Of a stretch of 64,000 nt of DNA, positions 12,770 through 24,382 are shown in pieces. The translations under genes and the position numbers were made by a program. Position 1 is the stretch's first letter, and every line of letters starts with the position of its first letter. The notes beneath the pieces are model-generated. The model searched no databases, was not told the origin of the DNA, and saw only the letters and a program-made list of their open reading frames with translations. Source of the stretch: Azolla caroliniana (lineage: Eukaryota > Plantae > Polypodiophyta); NCBI GenBank assembly GCA_043228905.1, contig JBHGNT010000016.1, positions 3,906,001 to 3,970,000 of the forward strand, given 5' to 3'.

Positions 12770-14500
12770 CTGATGGAGTTTAGGGTGGTGTACTTGGTCA
12801 TCCGTCAAGTTGTAAAATTATAACAATTAGTGTAAATGTATGACCATTGTGGCTTTCATATGGAATCAATGCAACATGCATTATGGAACTGTATGGTTGC
12901 ATGTTGTTGTGCCTCATTGATGTTGCGTATGGACCTAACGTGATTACATGGGAAATGTCTTTTGGATGGATGTAAATGTGGATAAGCATAATTATGAAAG
13001 GGAAAAAATATTATTTACCCTTCAAACTAGGGGAAGGCAAGTTAAGGACGTTGTCGCGGTATTTCGCGAGTACATGTAGGATCTTAGGCGGGACCACGGG
13101 GGTCTTGGACTAGGGAGACGGATGGTGAAGTCCTTAAGCTTTGTGGGCTTCGGTCCGAAATCGGCTTCCGGCTCCAACGAATGTAGGGTTTCACGAAACA
13201 GTTCACCGCGATTATGGACCCGACTCAAATATGTTACAAGGAAGATAGATAACTAACATGAATATATATTACAAGAGTTTTACAACAAGACGGTTACATG
13301 CCCCGAATCTGGTGGCTATTACATATCAATAGGCTATTACAACAAGTTAAGAATGGGAACCGGCGAAGGCGAGTCAAGTGGGCCGCCGGGACCACAATGT
13401 CCACCGTTGGTCACGCCCTGAAGACGATGGAGTGTTCCCGCGCCACTTCGCCCTCCCTTCTCGAACCGGCCGCTACACGAAACACTCTCCATCGAGGAGA
13501 GGAAGCTGAATCACCAAGTGCTGCCACCGGAATGCCTAAAGCCGCCGTTGTAGGAACCCCCAAACCAAACCAAACTCTCACACGAAGAAGAGAGAGTAAC
13601 ACCCGAAACCCGAAACCCTAAACCGCATAAACCCTAATTCGCACGAACTCTCACAAGAAGAAGAACCTAAACGGAATACTAACGTCCACTTGAAAGAGTG
13701 AACCCAAACCCACGAGACAATGAAGAAGACAAAAATGAAACCCTAAACGAAATAGAGTGAAAAGACCAAAGTAGAAACCCTAAGGGAACAAGAATAAGAG
13801 GAAGAGGAAGAACACTACCAAACCCTAGACCTAAGTGGTATACCCTCCTAACTCAAAATGGGCAACCCTTTACAAGTGACCCCTCCCTTCCTTTTATAGC
13901 CCAAGGAGGGAGGGACGTTACAATGTGGGATAAATCCTCCCCCTTATTCTATACACCATTTTCCTACTATACATGTTGCACATTGTCGACTTGCCCATTC
14001 CATCCTGGTTTCACACCATAGCTGGAAATCTTCACGACAACGTACCATATTCAAGTTCAAATCAGTTGAATGTAGATGCCACAGTATGGGCTGTGATATC
14101 ATCGGTGATTTTGTGGAATATATGGATAGGTAGATGCAAAAATATGTTGAAGCAAGATTGTGTGAAGGAAAGTTGGTTGATGCTTATTTCAATTTTAAAA
14201 GGTCAATATGACTCCTTCACTAGTAATGAAGATGTAATTTTTCTTAAACAATTGTCCTTTAAAGGCAAGTGGAAGGATTTGTTCATCTTTGTGGAGAGAA
14301 ATAAAATGGTTTGGCAATATCTACCCCTTCGATGGTTCTTTCCTCCATAAGTGGAGTTTGTTTTACCTTATGACATAGTGGGGGATATAACCTTTTTTCT
14401 CTGCTATCTTAACCTCCACTAGATTGTATGCTTTGTATAGGCTTACTAGATTGGTAATGGAAATTAAGGTGTAGTATTATAAAAAAAGAAAGAAAAAGAA
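12770..14500 (+). mobile_element. LINE (L1-like) 3' remnant interrupted by a solo LTR
   Basis: ORF 13973-14350 (VILWNIWIGRC...ILKGQYD...WQYLPLRWFFPP) resembles a plant L1 ORF2 C-terminus. A-rich tail at 14481-14501. The left boundary is approximate. Confidence 0.65.
13052..13922 (-). mobile_element. Solo LTR (probably gypsy-type)
   Basis: Minus strand starts TGTAACGTCCCTCCC, has a TATA (CTATAAAAGG) nearby and ends CCGCGACA. It is a GC-rich island with flanks ACGT/ATGT. Confidence 0.65.
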
Positions 14501-14783
14501 ACATAGGATTGTGGCAAGAAGGGGAGGGATCAAATATATTATAATTGATTAGTAAGCATGTTGGTTGATTGTGTCCCTAAAAATGGTCGAGAAGAAAGTC
14601 AAAATTCTTTCCTCGGTGCAGTGTTTGTCTTGCCTATTGGCAACGTGTTCCACAACTCATGTAGTGGTAACACCACTATTTATGGTATCATTGTAGTGTT
14701 TATATACATATTTATTAATGGAAGTATGTGTTTTCATGAGAGAGAGAGAGAGAGAGAGATGTATAAACACTAATGTGTCAAGT

Positions 14784-15253
14784 TTTTGACAATATTTTTG
14801 GCCTTTTTAACACTTTTTTTTTCTTCAAAGATTTTCTTCAATAGTATTAAGAAAAAACATTTGAAGGCTACAACTTGAGCTTGTCTGCCCAGAAGCTTAC
14901 AACTTTTTATGTACAATGATGTACAATAATCCTAAGACCAAAGATAGAACTTTGTAGAAGGTGTTGGAATTTGTCGATGCACACTGCCATGATTTACTAA
15001 TATTCAACAAAAGGTCCATGGAAGTCGATAGTGCCATTGAGGCCCTTGAGTTGACTCTGTAAATAGGGGCAACTTCTTCCATAAGTGAAGAAGCTTCTTC
15101 CTTCTTTTGTTCACAATCTATGGGGAACCCTGCATATTGTCATACTGGCCACAAACTATTGCCACCAAGTTCTCCCTTATCTCAAGCAAGACATTTGAGA
15201 GGAGCTGATTTGTCACATCATAAAGTTAGTTACATCGACATTTCCATAATGCC
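14784..15253 (-). mobile_element. 5'-truncated LINE, same family as 38092-39541
   Basis: The reverse complement closely matches about 39090-39530. Poly-T at 14814-14822. 16-bp TSD CACTAATGTGTCAAGT at 14768-14783 and 15254-15269. Confidence 0.85.
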
Positions 15254-15549
15254 CACTAATGTGTCAAGTACTGGCAACTTAGCATTAGGTATTTCACTTT
15301 GATTGCTAGAATGTACCTTAACATTCACAAATTACATCATACTCTAATGCTTGACCCTTTATAATTATAAGCGGTAGACCTCATACATTTACATTAATTC
15401 TATATTAAAAGCTTGCAAGACGACCAATACCATTGCATGCATGTGTTAAAGCCACAGATGAACTGAAGCAAAAAAGAAAAGACAAATATGTGGCATATCT
15501 TGTTGCTCTCTGTGAGTCGGGAAGTATAACATGAGGTGATAGGTACGAC

Positions 15550-15960
15550 GTTTGATTAGAAAGGGAAGGTTGCCCGATGATCATCTTAGGCAATTGATTG
15601 AGTGTTATCAGAGCCACATTGTTGATCACCCCCTGGGGTCATATAGGTGCATCTACATAGTGTTGACCGCCACATCAAAGGCATCAACAAAGACATGGAA
15701 CCCACACTTCCAAGCAAGTGGTTGCATTACTGATCTTGAGGGATTTGAAGGATCGATCCCCAACATCTTTCTAGGTAAGCAACGTTTGTTGGATAGTGGC
15801 ATGATTGATGTGGCTAGGTAGTGAAACATATTGCTATGCCCCACCAAATGACAAGTCAAGTTGGCAAGGCCTTTTGCATTTGTGGACACAAATGCATCGA
15901 GTAGGGGGTTTACTTTGCTCAGGTTAATGATGATGATGAATACCACCCACAAAATGTATT
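15550..15960 (-). pseudogene. Degenerate Ty3/gypsy RT-RNase H fragment
   Basis: Translation VMQPLAWKCGFHVFVDAFDVAV resembles the gypsy RNase H start (P..W...FHVxVDASxxAVG). Confidence 0.5.
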
Positions 15961-16199
15961 GATTTCATCTGTAATGACGAGGGCTACATAATTGTGTTTC
16001 ATTCTATACTATCTTTATTGGACGAGGGCAAAATCCAACCGTGGTTTGGGTGGGGCCAAGCAAGAAACTAGGAGTGTGGCAACCATTTGGTAAGAAGGTA
16101 GTTTGTGATAGATGAAGAATTTTAGGGCGTTGCAATCATTGTTGATCGCAATGCGGAGCATTTTGTGGTTTCACTACGGTATGTAGATTGGATTAGCTA

Positions 16200-16350
16200 A
16201 TCTTAGAGTCCATAGAGAGGCCAATATTGAACCATGGAGACTTGAGCATGAGTTTTCTTCATGTGTCTCCTTCCTAAAGGTAGATTCATATTTTGAAGCA
16301 CTTGGTCTCAATGTGTAAGGCATACATCTATGAGCTCAACTTTCTAGGTT
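16200..16350 (-). mobile_element. Short LINE 3' fragment homologous to 51725-51880
   Basis: Shared blocks GTCCATA.AGAGGCCAAT, TGTCTCCTTCCTAA and TATGAGCTCAAC.TTCTAGGT. Confidence 0.55.
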
Positions 16351-17953
16351 TTCTCCTTTGCTGTGACACTCAAGTCATCACCCCGCTTAATATGTCATCA
16401 TACCTTTCATGAATTACAATATGAAGAACATGTAAAAGCAAGTGATATTCATCCTCTACTAGCACTTCCTCATGCTCAAGATGGGTCATACATCTACATC
16501 AGTTCTATAATTACATGTCTGTCAAGCTTCCTATTATATGCAAATTGCAATCTAATTCAGATAATGCATATATACACATATATAAAAAAGACTCTTATAT
16601 TATGAATTGCATCCTTGGGCAATGTAATTAATGACATAATTTTATGATTGAGGTATTCAATTACAGCCGGTGGGAGGTTTGTTTCATGAAAAAAGCAGTA
16701 ATTAGTGGAACAAATCAAGTAACTGAAAAGAATATACGTAAGACTCCCAAAGAGGCACCACCACCAACACCATAGAAGAGGTGAGCTTGATGAATTCCAT
16801 GAAACTCCAACAAGTTGAAAAAGACCATCCAAGCAGAGAAGATCATGTTCCAAAACAGGTGCCGAAGGGAAACATTTACATAATTTATGATGCTATGTTT
16901 ACATATTAACCACTTGCCAATCCACTATCATTAAACCACTAATGGAGAAGACCAATCAAGGCCAACAGTTGCTGCTTGACAAACAAACAAAATGGGGTTT
17001 GATTAAAAATACACCAAAACTCCATGAATGCAGAGCAGCCTTGGTAAAAGGTAGTAGAACTTTTAACTTCACAACTGAACAGTGATAACATGAGTCTATA
17101 ATCCAACAAAGAGTTTGATGTATACTCCTGAATACTAGGTATTACAACTGACTTTGTAGTGTCCTGAAGGGCTACCCATCGCTGTGCAGGCAAAAGGAGG
17201 GTATGGTCTGTATTTAGTTGCTATAGATTGTTTATCGTAGACAACGCATGTTTCTCATCTTGTGAACTCTTCCTTCTCGTTAATAAATCATTTCCTTACA
17301 TCTCTGCTTCTTAATGAATCTCTTTAATTTGTCCATAATTCCCATAGCAATTAAATTTTTATTTACCACAATTAAAGTAGGTTAGTTCTTCGAGTGATCA
17401 AGTATGGAGCATCAAGGCAATGCTAAGATGGAACTGAAAAACAACGATATTTAAATCGCCACAAGTTGGCCTGTGTATTTAATGAAACTCTCTGACATAG
17501 AAAATCCTCACCGCTGTACAACAACCATGAAAGAGTTAACCATGGATAACATGAATGGAGGGTGATATACCCAACGTAAAGAAAGAAAGAAAAAAATTTA
17601 TAACTTGGTTAACATTGATTGCCTATATGAAGTTAGAACATTGTATACTCTACAGCCAGCCAGCCGCCCACCCCAGACTCATCTTTCTCCATAAAAACTA
17701 GCCAAAAGAGGCAAGATCTATCGAAGAAACAAGAGCTCAATGCTCAGCTTCTGGTTGCAGCTCCCCTAACTCACCAGCTTCAGAAAATGAAACTATTGGA
17801 ACAAATGCTGAACTGAGCTGGTTTTTGGAAGGAATGGGTACTACTGTCACGAATCCTCTTGAAGTACTTAAGACAAACAAGCCACCTTCCTTCTTCATTA
17901 TGGGAGCAGGGAATTAAATTACAAGCAGCTGGATTTCCTTAATGCCCTTGGTT

Positions 17954-18256
17954 TCATGATCCTCCATGTGCTGATTGCATTTGTTCATTATGGCTTCTTG
18001 ATTCTACATCGTAGTGACTGGCTCCCCAGTCTGCTGACTGCAGTGGCATTACATGTTGATGCGAAACAAGGTGTTCTTTATCTTCCTCTGCCAGATTACC
18101 AATATCTTGCATTCTATGGCCTTGATCTAACTGACCTTGTTCTATGGCCTGAATGGTTTCATTACCAGGCACCATGTAGGATGCGTTACTTACACTTACA
18201 TTTCCGGCTCTACCTTGACTCTTGCGACTCTCGGAGAAAAAGGTCCCAATTATAAC
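17954..18256 (-). CDS. AHL: AHL exon 5 (last coding exon)
   Basis: TGCAG|GTTATA acceptor, then VIIGTFF... to the TGA at 17954. Confidence 0.9.
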   Translation of the reverse strand, partial: VIIGTFFSESRKSQGRAGNVSVSNASYMVPGNETIQAIEQGQLDQGHRMQDIGNLAEEDKEHLVSHQHVMPLQSADWGASHYDVESRSHNEQMQSAHGGS

Positions 18257-18333
18257 CTGCAAGAAATTGATACTCTTTCTGTGAACTCCCAAGTTCCCGA
18301 CATCTATTTATGTGTCACAGAAGCATTTGTTAC

Positions 18334-18486
18334 CTGAACTGGTGATGCTGCTCTCAGAGAACCAGCTACTCTTCCACCGATGACTCTACCATCAGGCCCA
18401 GCTAGTGACACACTTAAGCTTCCATTTCTCTGACCATTTTCAGCCAGCAGAAATAAGCCAGACAAAGATAGAAGTTCAAAACGACC
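18334..18486 (-). CDS. AHL: AHL exon 4
   Basis: 153 nt encoding GRFELLSLSG...LSVSLAGPDGRVIGGRVAG...SPVQ (PPC core). Confidence 0.93.
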
Positions 18487-19699
18487 CTGAAAGATGCCGA
18501 TAAATAATGAGATTTTGTTTAAAGCCTTCATAATGGGTATAGTGGTTCTGGCAGTAGATAAGAAAAATGACAACCAAGTCCTAGTAATGAAAGATAAGAA
18601 AAGAAAAAACTAATCAAATTGATAATAGTGTTCCTTCAACTAGACATTCATACCACTTCTGCATTTGATCAATAGAAGATATTTTTTAATTGAAAATGGC
18701 TACCCTGTGTTGGTGAAACATGCCCAGCACATATTAGTCTCTGTATCCTGCCTCATTCATTACCTAGGTGTATTCCACTTAGGCTTCCATAACCAGTTTG
18801 TTCTATCCAGGCCTGTGTCTCAACTGTCTGGTATGTATCAATATCTATCGAAGCCCTGTTCTATCTCTCGAAGCATTATTTAACTTGGTCAGTTCCTTCT
18901 ATTCTATGATGCAGACACTTGAGAGGCTTCCCAGGCTGCTTATTATTCTTGTTTAATTTCCAATCTCTTAGTTACAAATAATTAAACCTAGATACCCATA
19001 ACCTGCTCTTGGCTTTTCATTGTTTCACCTGAAGATAGAGCCAGGACATATAGCTAGGAACACAGGCCAGTTGGTATTTTGATCAATAGGCATAACCTAA
19101 GAAACTTGGCCTCTATTAAGAAACACATACAAGCATCAATATAAGTATTGATTCCTTTTTGTAACTTCTACACAACATTTTTCTGCTTTTTGCACAAAAA
19201 CGCTCCTCTTGTTCCGACTAGGCTTCACACCCACACTATCATTCTCAATGGAGCTGCTGTTGATATATTGCAGATGCATGAAAAAATTATTGCAGATGAG
19301 CTTGGTTCATTGGTCCTGCAATGTTTGATTCTTGAAACTACTTCTATTTTAAATCTAAAGAGTAACTTGATAATGTTTTTGTCACAGTGGTCAGTACACC
19401 GTACTAGTAAAATTATTGTTTTGGTTAAAAAAACATCTATTGTTTGAGATTAACTTTGTCATTTGAACTTGCAGCACGTGGTACGAGGTTGCTTCTTATA
19501 ATAGACTCCATGATAACATTGTAAATTTGGGCGTCAACTGTGAACTTTAGACTCACATAATTTACCAAAAGCAAACTTGGGTAGCTGACTTTGACATTAT
19601 TATATAGAAATTAATGTTCACAATAGCTCCAAATGAAAAAGGTTTCCTGCAAGAGATAAGGTGGTAATAGAGGAGCGTTAGCTTAGGACAACATTATAC

Positions 19700-20250
19700 T
19701 GCTTTGTTCCAGATTTAATTTCTAGTTCCAACCCCAATACAAAGAGCAAAGTTATGGGAAAGAGTGGAATCTTGGAGTATCCACAGGCATGAAAGCAATG
19801 ATGGCCCACTTATACCACATAAGATGCAGGTTGAACATATATGAAGGTTTTTCAAGAGAGTTCATGAGCAATATGAGAGAGAAGCAAGGGTGCCTTCCAT
19901 CAAGTACTCTATTTGGTCAATGTATCCAAATACGCATGTCCAAGAGAGAAAGATGCTCCATCAAACTGGTGCACACCAGCTCATGCATACGGAAAATATA
20001 AATTATAGAGTTGATGTTGAGCAGAAAAAAGAATATGCAATCTATGTCACCCCAACATACCAGAAATAGACGAAAATGTCACTTAAGAGTGCCATGAAAT
20101 TTGCCATGTTTTTCGAATTATTACAAGATTACACAAGCTTTTGGGAAGGCCTGATGAGAACTAAACTATTGTTGACGACACTAGGCTATGCTCTCTGCTT
20201 GTACTCTCGATCAAAAAAACTAAACTCTTTGATAGATTAAAATAATGGAA
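19700..20250 (+). mobile_element. Degenerate LINE RT fragment in AHL intron 3
   Basis: Translation EGFSREFMSNMREKQGCLPSSTLFG resembles the LINE RT motif GVKQGCPLSPTLFG. Confidence 0.55.
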
Positions 20251-20524
20251 GAGTGATGATTGAAGAGTGGTGGTCCTATGTGTCATGTTGGCCCATCACA
20301 AGCATCCAAGTATCATCCTCTCAATTAACTGATCTTATATATTTTGCACCTACTGTCCAGAAGCAAGATTCATTGAAAGAGTTATTTTACTGATACTTAC
20401 ACAAAATTCATTATCAATTACTACAGGAGACACAGGACAATATTTTGTACCAACCACTTCATTCATTAGCAAAGCCTAGCAGATATTTCTAGAACATTAA
20501 GAAATATAAATAGCAAAAGATCAC

Positions 20525-20656
20525 CTCATATGGCACTGCACCACTTGATATGCCACCATGCCAGAGACTTGCATTCGAAATCGCACCATTAGCAGATAAT
20601 ATACATACAGCCCATGGTCCATGTTGTGAGAAATTCGTGATTTTTTCAGCTATATC
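20525..20656 (-). CDS. AHL: AHL exon 3
   Basis: 132 nt encoding DIAEKITNFSQHGPWAVCILSANGAISNASLWHGGISSGAVPYE, with canonical splice sites. Confidence 0.92.
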
Positions 20657-22284
20657 CTGCAAATCAGTTCAGTAAACGATACACGATTATCCATGAGACA
20701 TTGCAAAACTGCGTCATAACCAAGAAATGTATAGCTCTCTCTACATATAACCTACATACACATCCGTATATGTAAAGGGATAAAAAGAATGGGAAGCTAA
20801 TTTGGTTGTTTGATCGGGTATTTTACTGCCCTCTGGCAGTTCCATACTCTGGTTTCATTGGGAAATGATTTCTTTATCACATGAAAAAACATGAAAAATG
20901 TAGATTAAATCCTAATATGTGGCCCACCGTTGCAAAGCTTCATACAGATAGACAAAACCTGCTAAGACAACAATCATCCAGAGGCTTAATCTACAAGTTG
21001 ACAGCATGATGATGATAGCCCGCGTACTGTTACTGCCGATGCACTTAGATATCCAATTCGTTTTTGCTAAATTTAATTCAAAGTTTTCATCCCAACAGTA
21101 TCCTTCTATGTAGAGCCACAGCTCTATTTCATTTATATACAACCCCGAGGAAAATAATAATTTCTACATAATGCAAACATTTAATTCTAGACATTCGTGA
21201 AGTATAATAATTTGAGAATAACAAAATAATCATTATACAGTTCCAATTGCGTTTATAATAATAAATATAATATTAGCACTGAGCTGCACATTATAAGTAT
21301 AGATTAGAGAAGCCCAAACAAATAGACAATGAAAGTATCAATGAATCAGAAGAGTAGAGATGTTCAATCCTTACAAATTTATTTCTATATAGCCAGAGAA
21401 CTATTATAAGGTATGTTAGTAATTTCTGTAAGCATATCATGCAGGCATTCAATAAGAAGCATTATAGGACTAGATGTCTGCAGCATGACGTATTATTATA
21501 CCCACAAAGATTACACTACGAGATAAGTTATTTTCCTGGGAATAACAAAAGCCCCTGATGGAACCATGCAAATTTCACAAATGGTTAAACAATATGAATC
21601 TGTTCATACAATACACCATGGAATCAATTCAGTGTAAATTTTTATAATAGCATTAAATTTCTATTAGTGCCCACTATCATTTCGTATAGCTATTAGGAGT
21701 ACCAAATGACATTGGCTAAAACCTCAAAATGCCGCAATATTTTGCATATTTAGTAGAATATGCCCCAAATTACCAAAAGTGTCAACAAAACATCCCCACA
21801 CCACATTTACTTCTACATAGGGGTACACCAGCATTTTTTTGAAAACTTCTGACTCATTCCCGTAAATGCCTCAAACGTTTTTGGGTAGTCTGGTGTTTTT
21901 CTGGATATTATTGATACAAGATTTCTTGACCTTTTATTACTAATGCAGATTGGTGTAGATCCTTTCATTCTATAAGTGTAACACACTCCCAACATGTAAA
22001 TCATAAGCACGATATATATTCCTGTGGCTCTATCTTTCAAAAGTTTAACGAAACATCACTAATGCTGAGTACCAACATATATAGATGTGCTATATTCACG
22101 ACTACAAGCAGCATATGTACAATATATATATTTATATATGCATTGAATTATGCAAGAACTGAAGTAGAAGTGGTTTCTTTGGTAAGAAATGGCATTTTCA
22201 GTGAAAGCTACATTTTTTAATATAATGAAATCACAGAATATAATCATAACATATTAAGGTTTTATTGACTTACAAGATGCATAC

Positions 22285-22337
22285 CTCTCCTGCACCAATA
22301 GAGAGCACATGTGGTGTAAATCCTTGGCCTGTAGCAC
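22285..22337 (-). CDS. AHL: AHL exon 2 (start of PPC/DUF296 domain)
   Basis: Bounded by AG and GT and phase-compatible; encodes GATGQGFTPHVLSIGAGE. Confidence 0.92.
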
Positions 22338-22852
22338 CTGCACAACAATATAAATGATGTTTATTCAAGAAATTGCTGACGATTATGGCATGGGATCGTG
22401 AAAACAATAACATTTTGGATTTGCAATTCGAGAAAGACAAAAGCGCAGTTTTTTTCAGAATTCATTATTTTGGAAGGAAAAATAACTGTTTTAGAAAGAT
22501 CATTTAATATGGGTATTTGAGGAAAAAGAGATGGCATAATATTCTAGAGGATACAGATGGGCAAATGTAAAGTATTTCGGAATACGTTTGCATCTCAAAC
22601 AGCAATTCTGGAGACCTTATTTTTAGAATACATGGAGAGCAATGAAAGAGAAAGAACAAAGTCTGGAAAATAGATTATAAATTCTCCGGCTCTCTTCAAG
22701 AATTGGCGCATCAAGGCAGAGAATAACAAGGTTTTGGCAAAACCATGACATCATAACTTCCATGGAGGATTGGTACAGACAGGAAAAGCAAAGTTGAAAA
22801 CATTTAGGAAAACAGTGATCAGATGATGAAAAAAAATAGAGAAAAGACTGAC

Positions 22853-23666
22853 CGAGAGACGCTAGCTGAGCTTTTTTGCTTTTACCAGCCTTCTTTTCCC
22901 GTGGAGATGCACCAGAAGAGGTGAACGTGCCCCGTAGAGGAGTGGACATGGTTAAAGGAGCACCGTCAGCATCAGTAGCGGTGACAGCATATTTCCTCGG
23001 TCTCCCTCTCTTCCGCTTCACAGAAGCATCTGCAGATCGAGAGAGCACCATAGTCGTATTGCTGCTCACATCGTGACTACTACTGAGCATACATCCTGTG
23101 GGAGGGGGGCTACCCGAGACCATATTATTCTGCGCCTGCATCTGGTGCTGGATCTGCATATTACTGTGGGAAGAGGCCTGGATATGGTGATGATGATCGG
23201 TAGGGTAAATCTGATTAGGGTTGGAGCTCACGTTGGAGGTGGGAGAAGGGGGGAAACGGATGGCAGAAGGGTTGTGGATGTTATTCATGGAGGAAGCCAA
23301 TAGGATATTGTTGAGCTGAGAGCTGCTGCGTCCGGCGGCAGAAGCTTGGGCCATAATCTGTTGATGTTGGAGATGGTGATGGTGATGATGCTGCTGTTGT
23401 TGTTGTTGTTGATGATTTACTTGCAGGTGAGGCTGGAAGCGTGCAGAAGGATCTCGATTGTTAAACTGCTGGAAATAAGCTGCTGCAGAGAAAGGCGAGG
23501 AAGAAGTGGAATTCGACTGAGATTGCACTACCACCAGAGGAGGAGGAGGAGGAGGAGGATGCTGCTGGCTCGTCTGAGACTGCTGCTGCTGCTGCTGCTG
23601 CTGCTGCATCATCATCATCTGGCCGAAATTAGCAGAAGCGTGGGGAGAAATCTCGCGAGGTTCCAT
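22853..23666 (-). CDS. AHL: AT-hook motif nuclear-localized (AHL, clade B) protein, exon 1
   Basis: ATG at 23666 (MEPREISP), poly-Q/H/P N-terminus, AT-hook KRKRGRPRKY, donor G|GTCAGT at 22852. Confidence 0.93.
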
Positions 23667-24032
23667 GAAAGAGAAAAAGGAAGGTTCGATTCCAATTAGC
23701 GTTGCTTGCTGCAGAGGCGGTAGAGAAACGTGGTAAAGGAAGGGGCGGGAGCAACTGCGGGGAAGAAGGCAGGGCAGAAGAAGAAGAAGAAGAAGAAGAA
23801 GGAGATGGAGATGGAGATGGTGTGGAGGAAGGCGGTGAATGAAGGCAGAGATTCTGCAGAGATCAGAGAATGGAAGGGGAAGAAGAAGGAAGGAATGGAG
23901 GAGGAGGAAGAAGAAGAAGGGGGAGAGGAGGAGGGGGAGGATCCATGGCGGATTTAGAGAGAGAGAGAGAGAGAGAGAGAGAGGGCCAAGAAGAAGCTTT
24001 CTTTGTTTCTTCTGGTTTTTTGTTCTTTGCAC

Positions 24033-24063
<31 letters not shown>

Positions 24064-24350
24064 TGTGTGTGTGTGTGGGCAGTTGGTGGTAGAGAGAGGA
24101 TGTGAAGAGAGAGGATGTCGTTCGTTCGGTTCCTGTCTCTTTATCCCCCGTGCCCTTCCCGGCAGTATTAAAAAATTAAAATTAAAATAAATAAAAACTA
24201 TTATTTGGTCTCAAAATAAAATAAAATAGAATTCAAACAAAATATAAGTTAAGAAATTCTGGGTCTCTAAATCTAGGGGCCCATTTTCATAATTTATGCA
24301 CATAATTATTAAAAAATGGCACCCACTTTTTTACATACATATATACCCCG

Positions 24351-24382
<32 letters not shown>

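Noticed and set aside
23667-24032. N-terminal 120 aa of the 469-aa ORF and the overlapping plus-strand ORFs
   Set aside because: They derive from CT/CTT microsatellites in the AHL 5'UTR. The start is non-ATG and the real start is most likely 23666.
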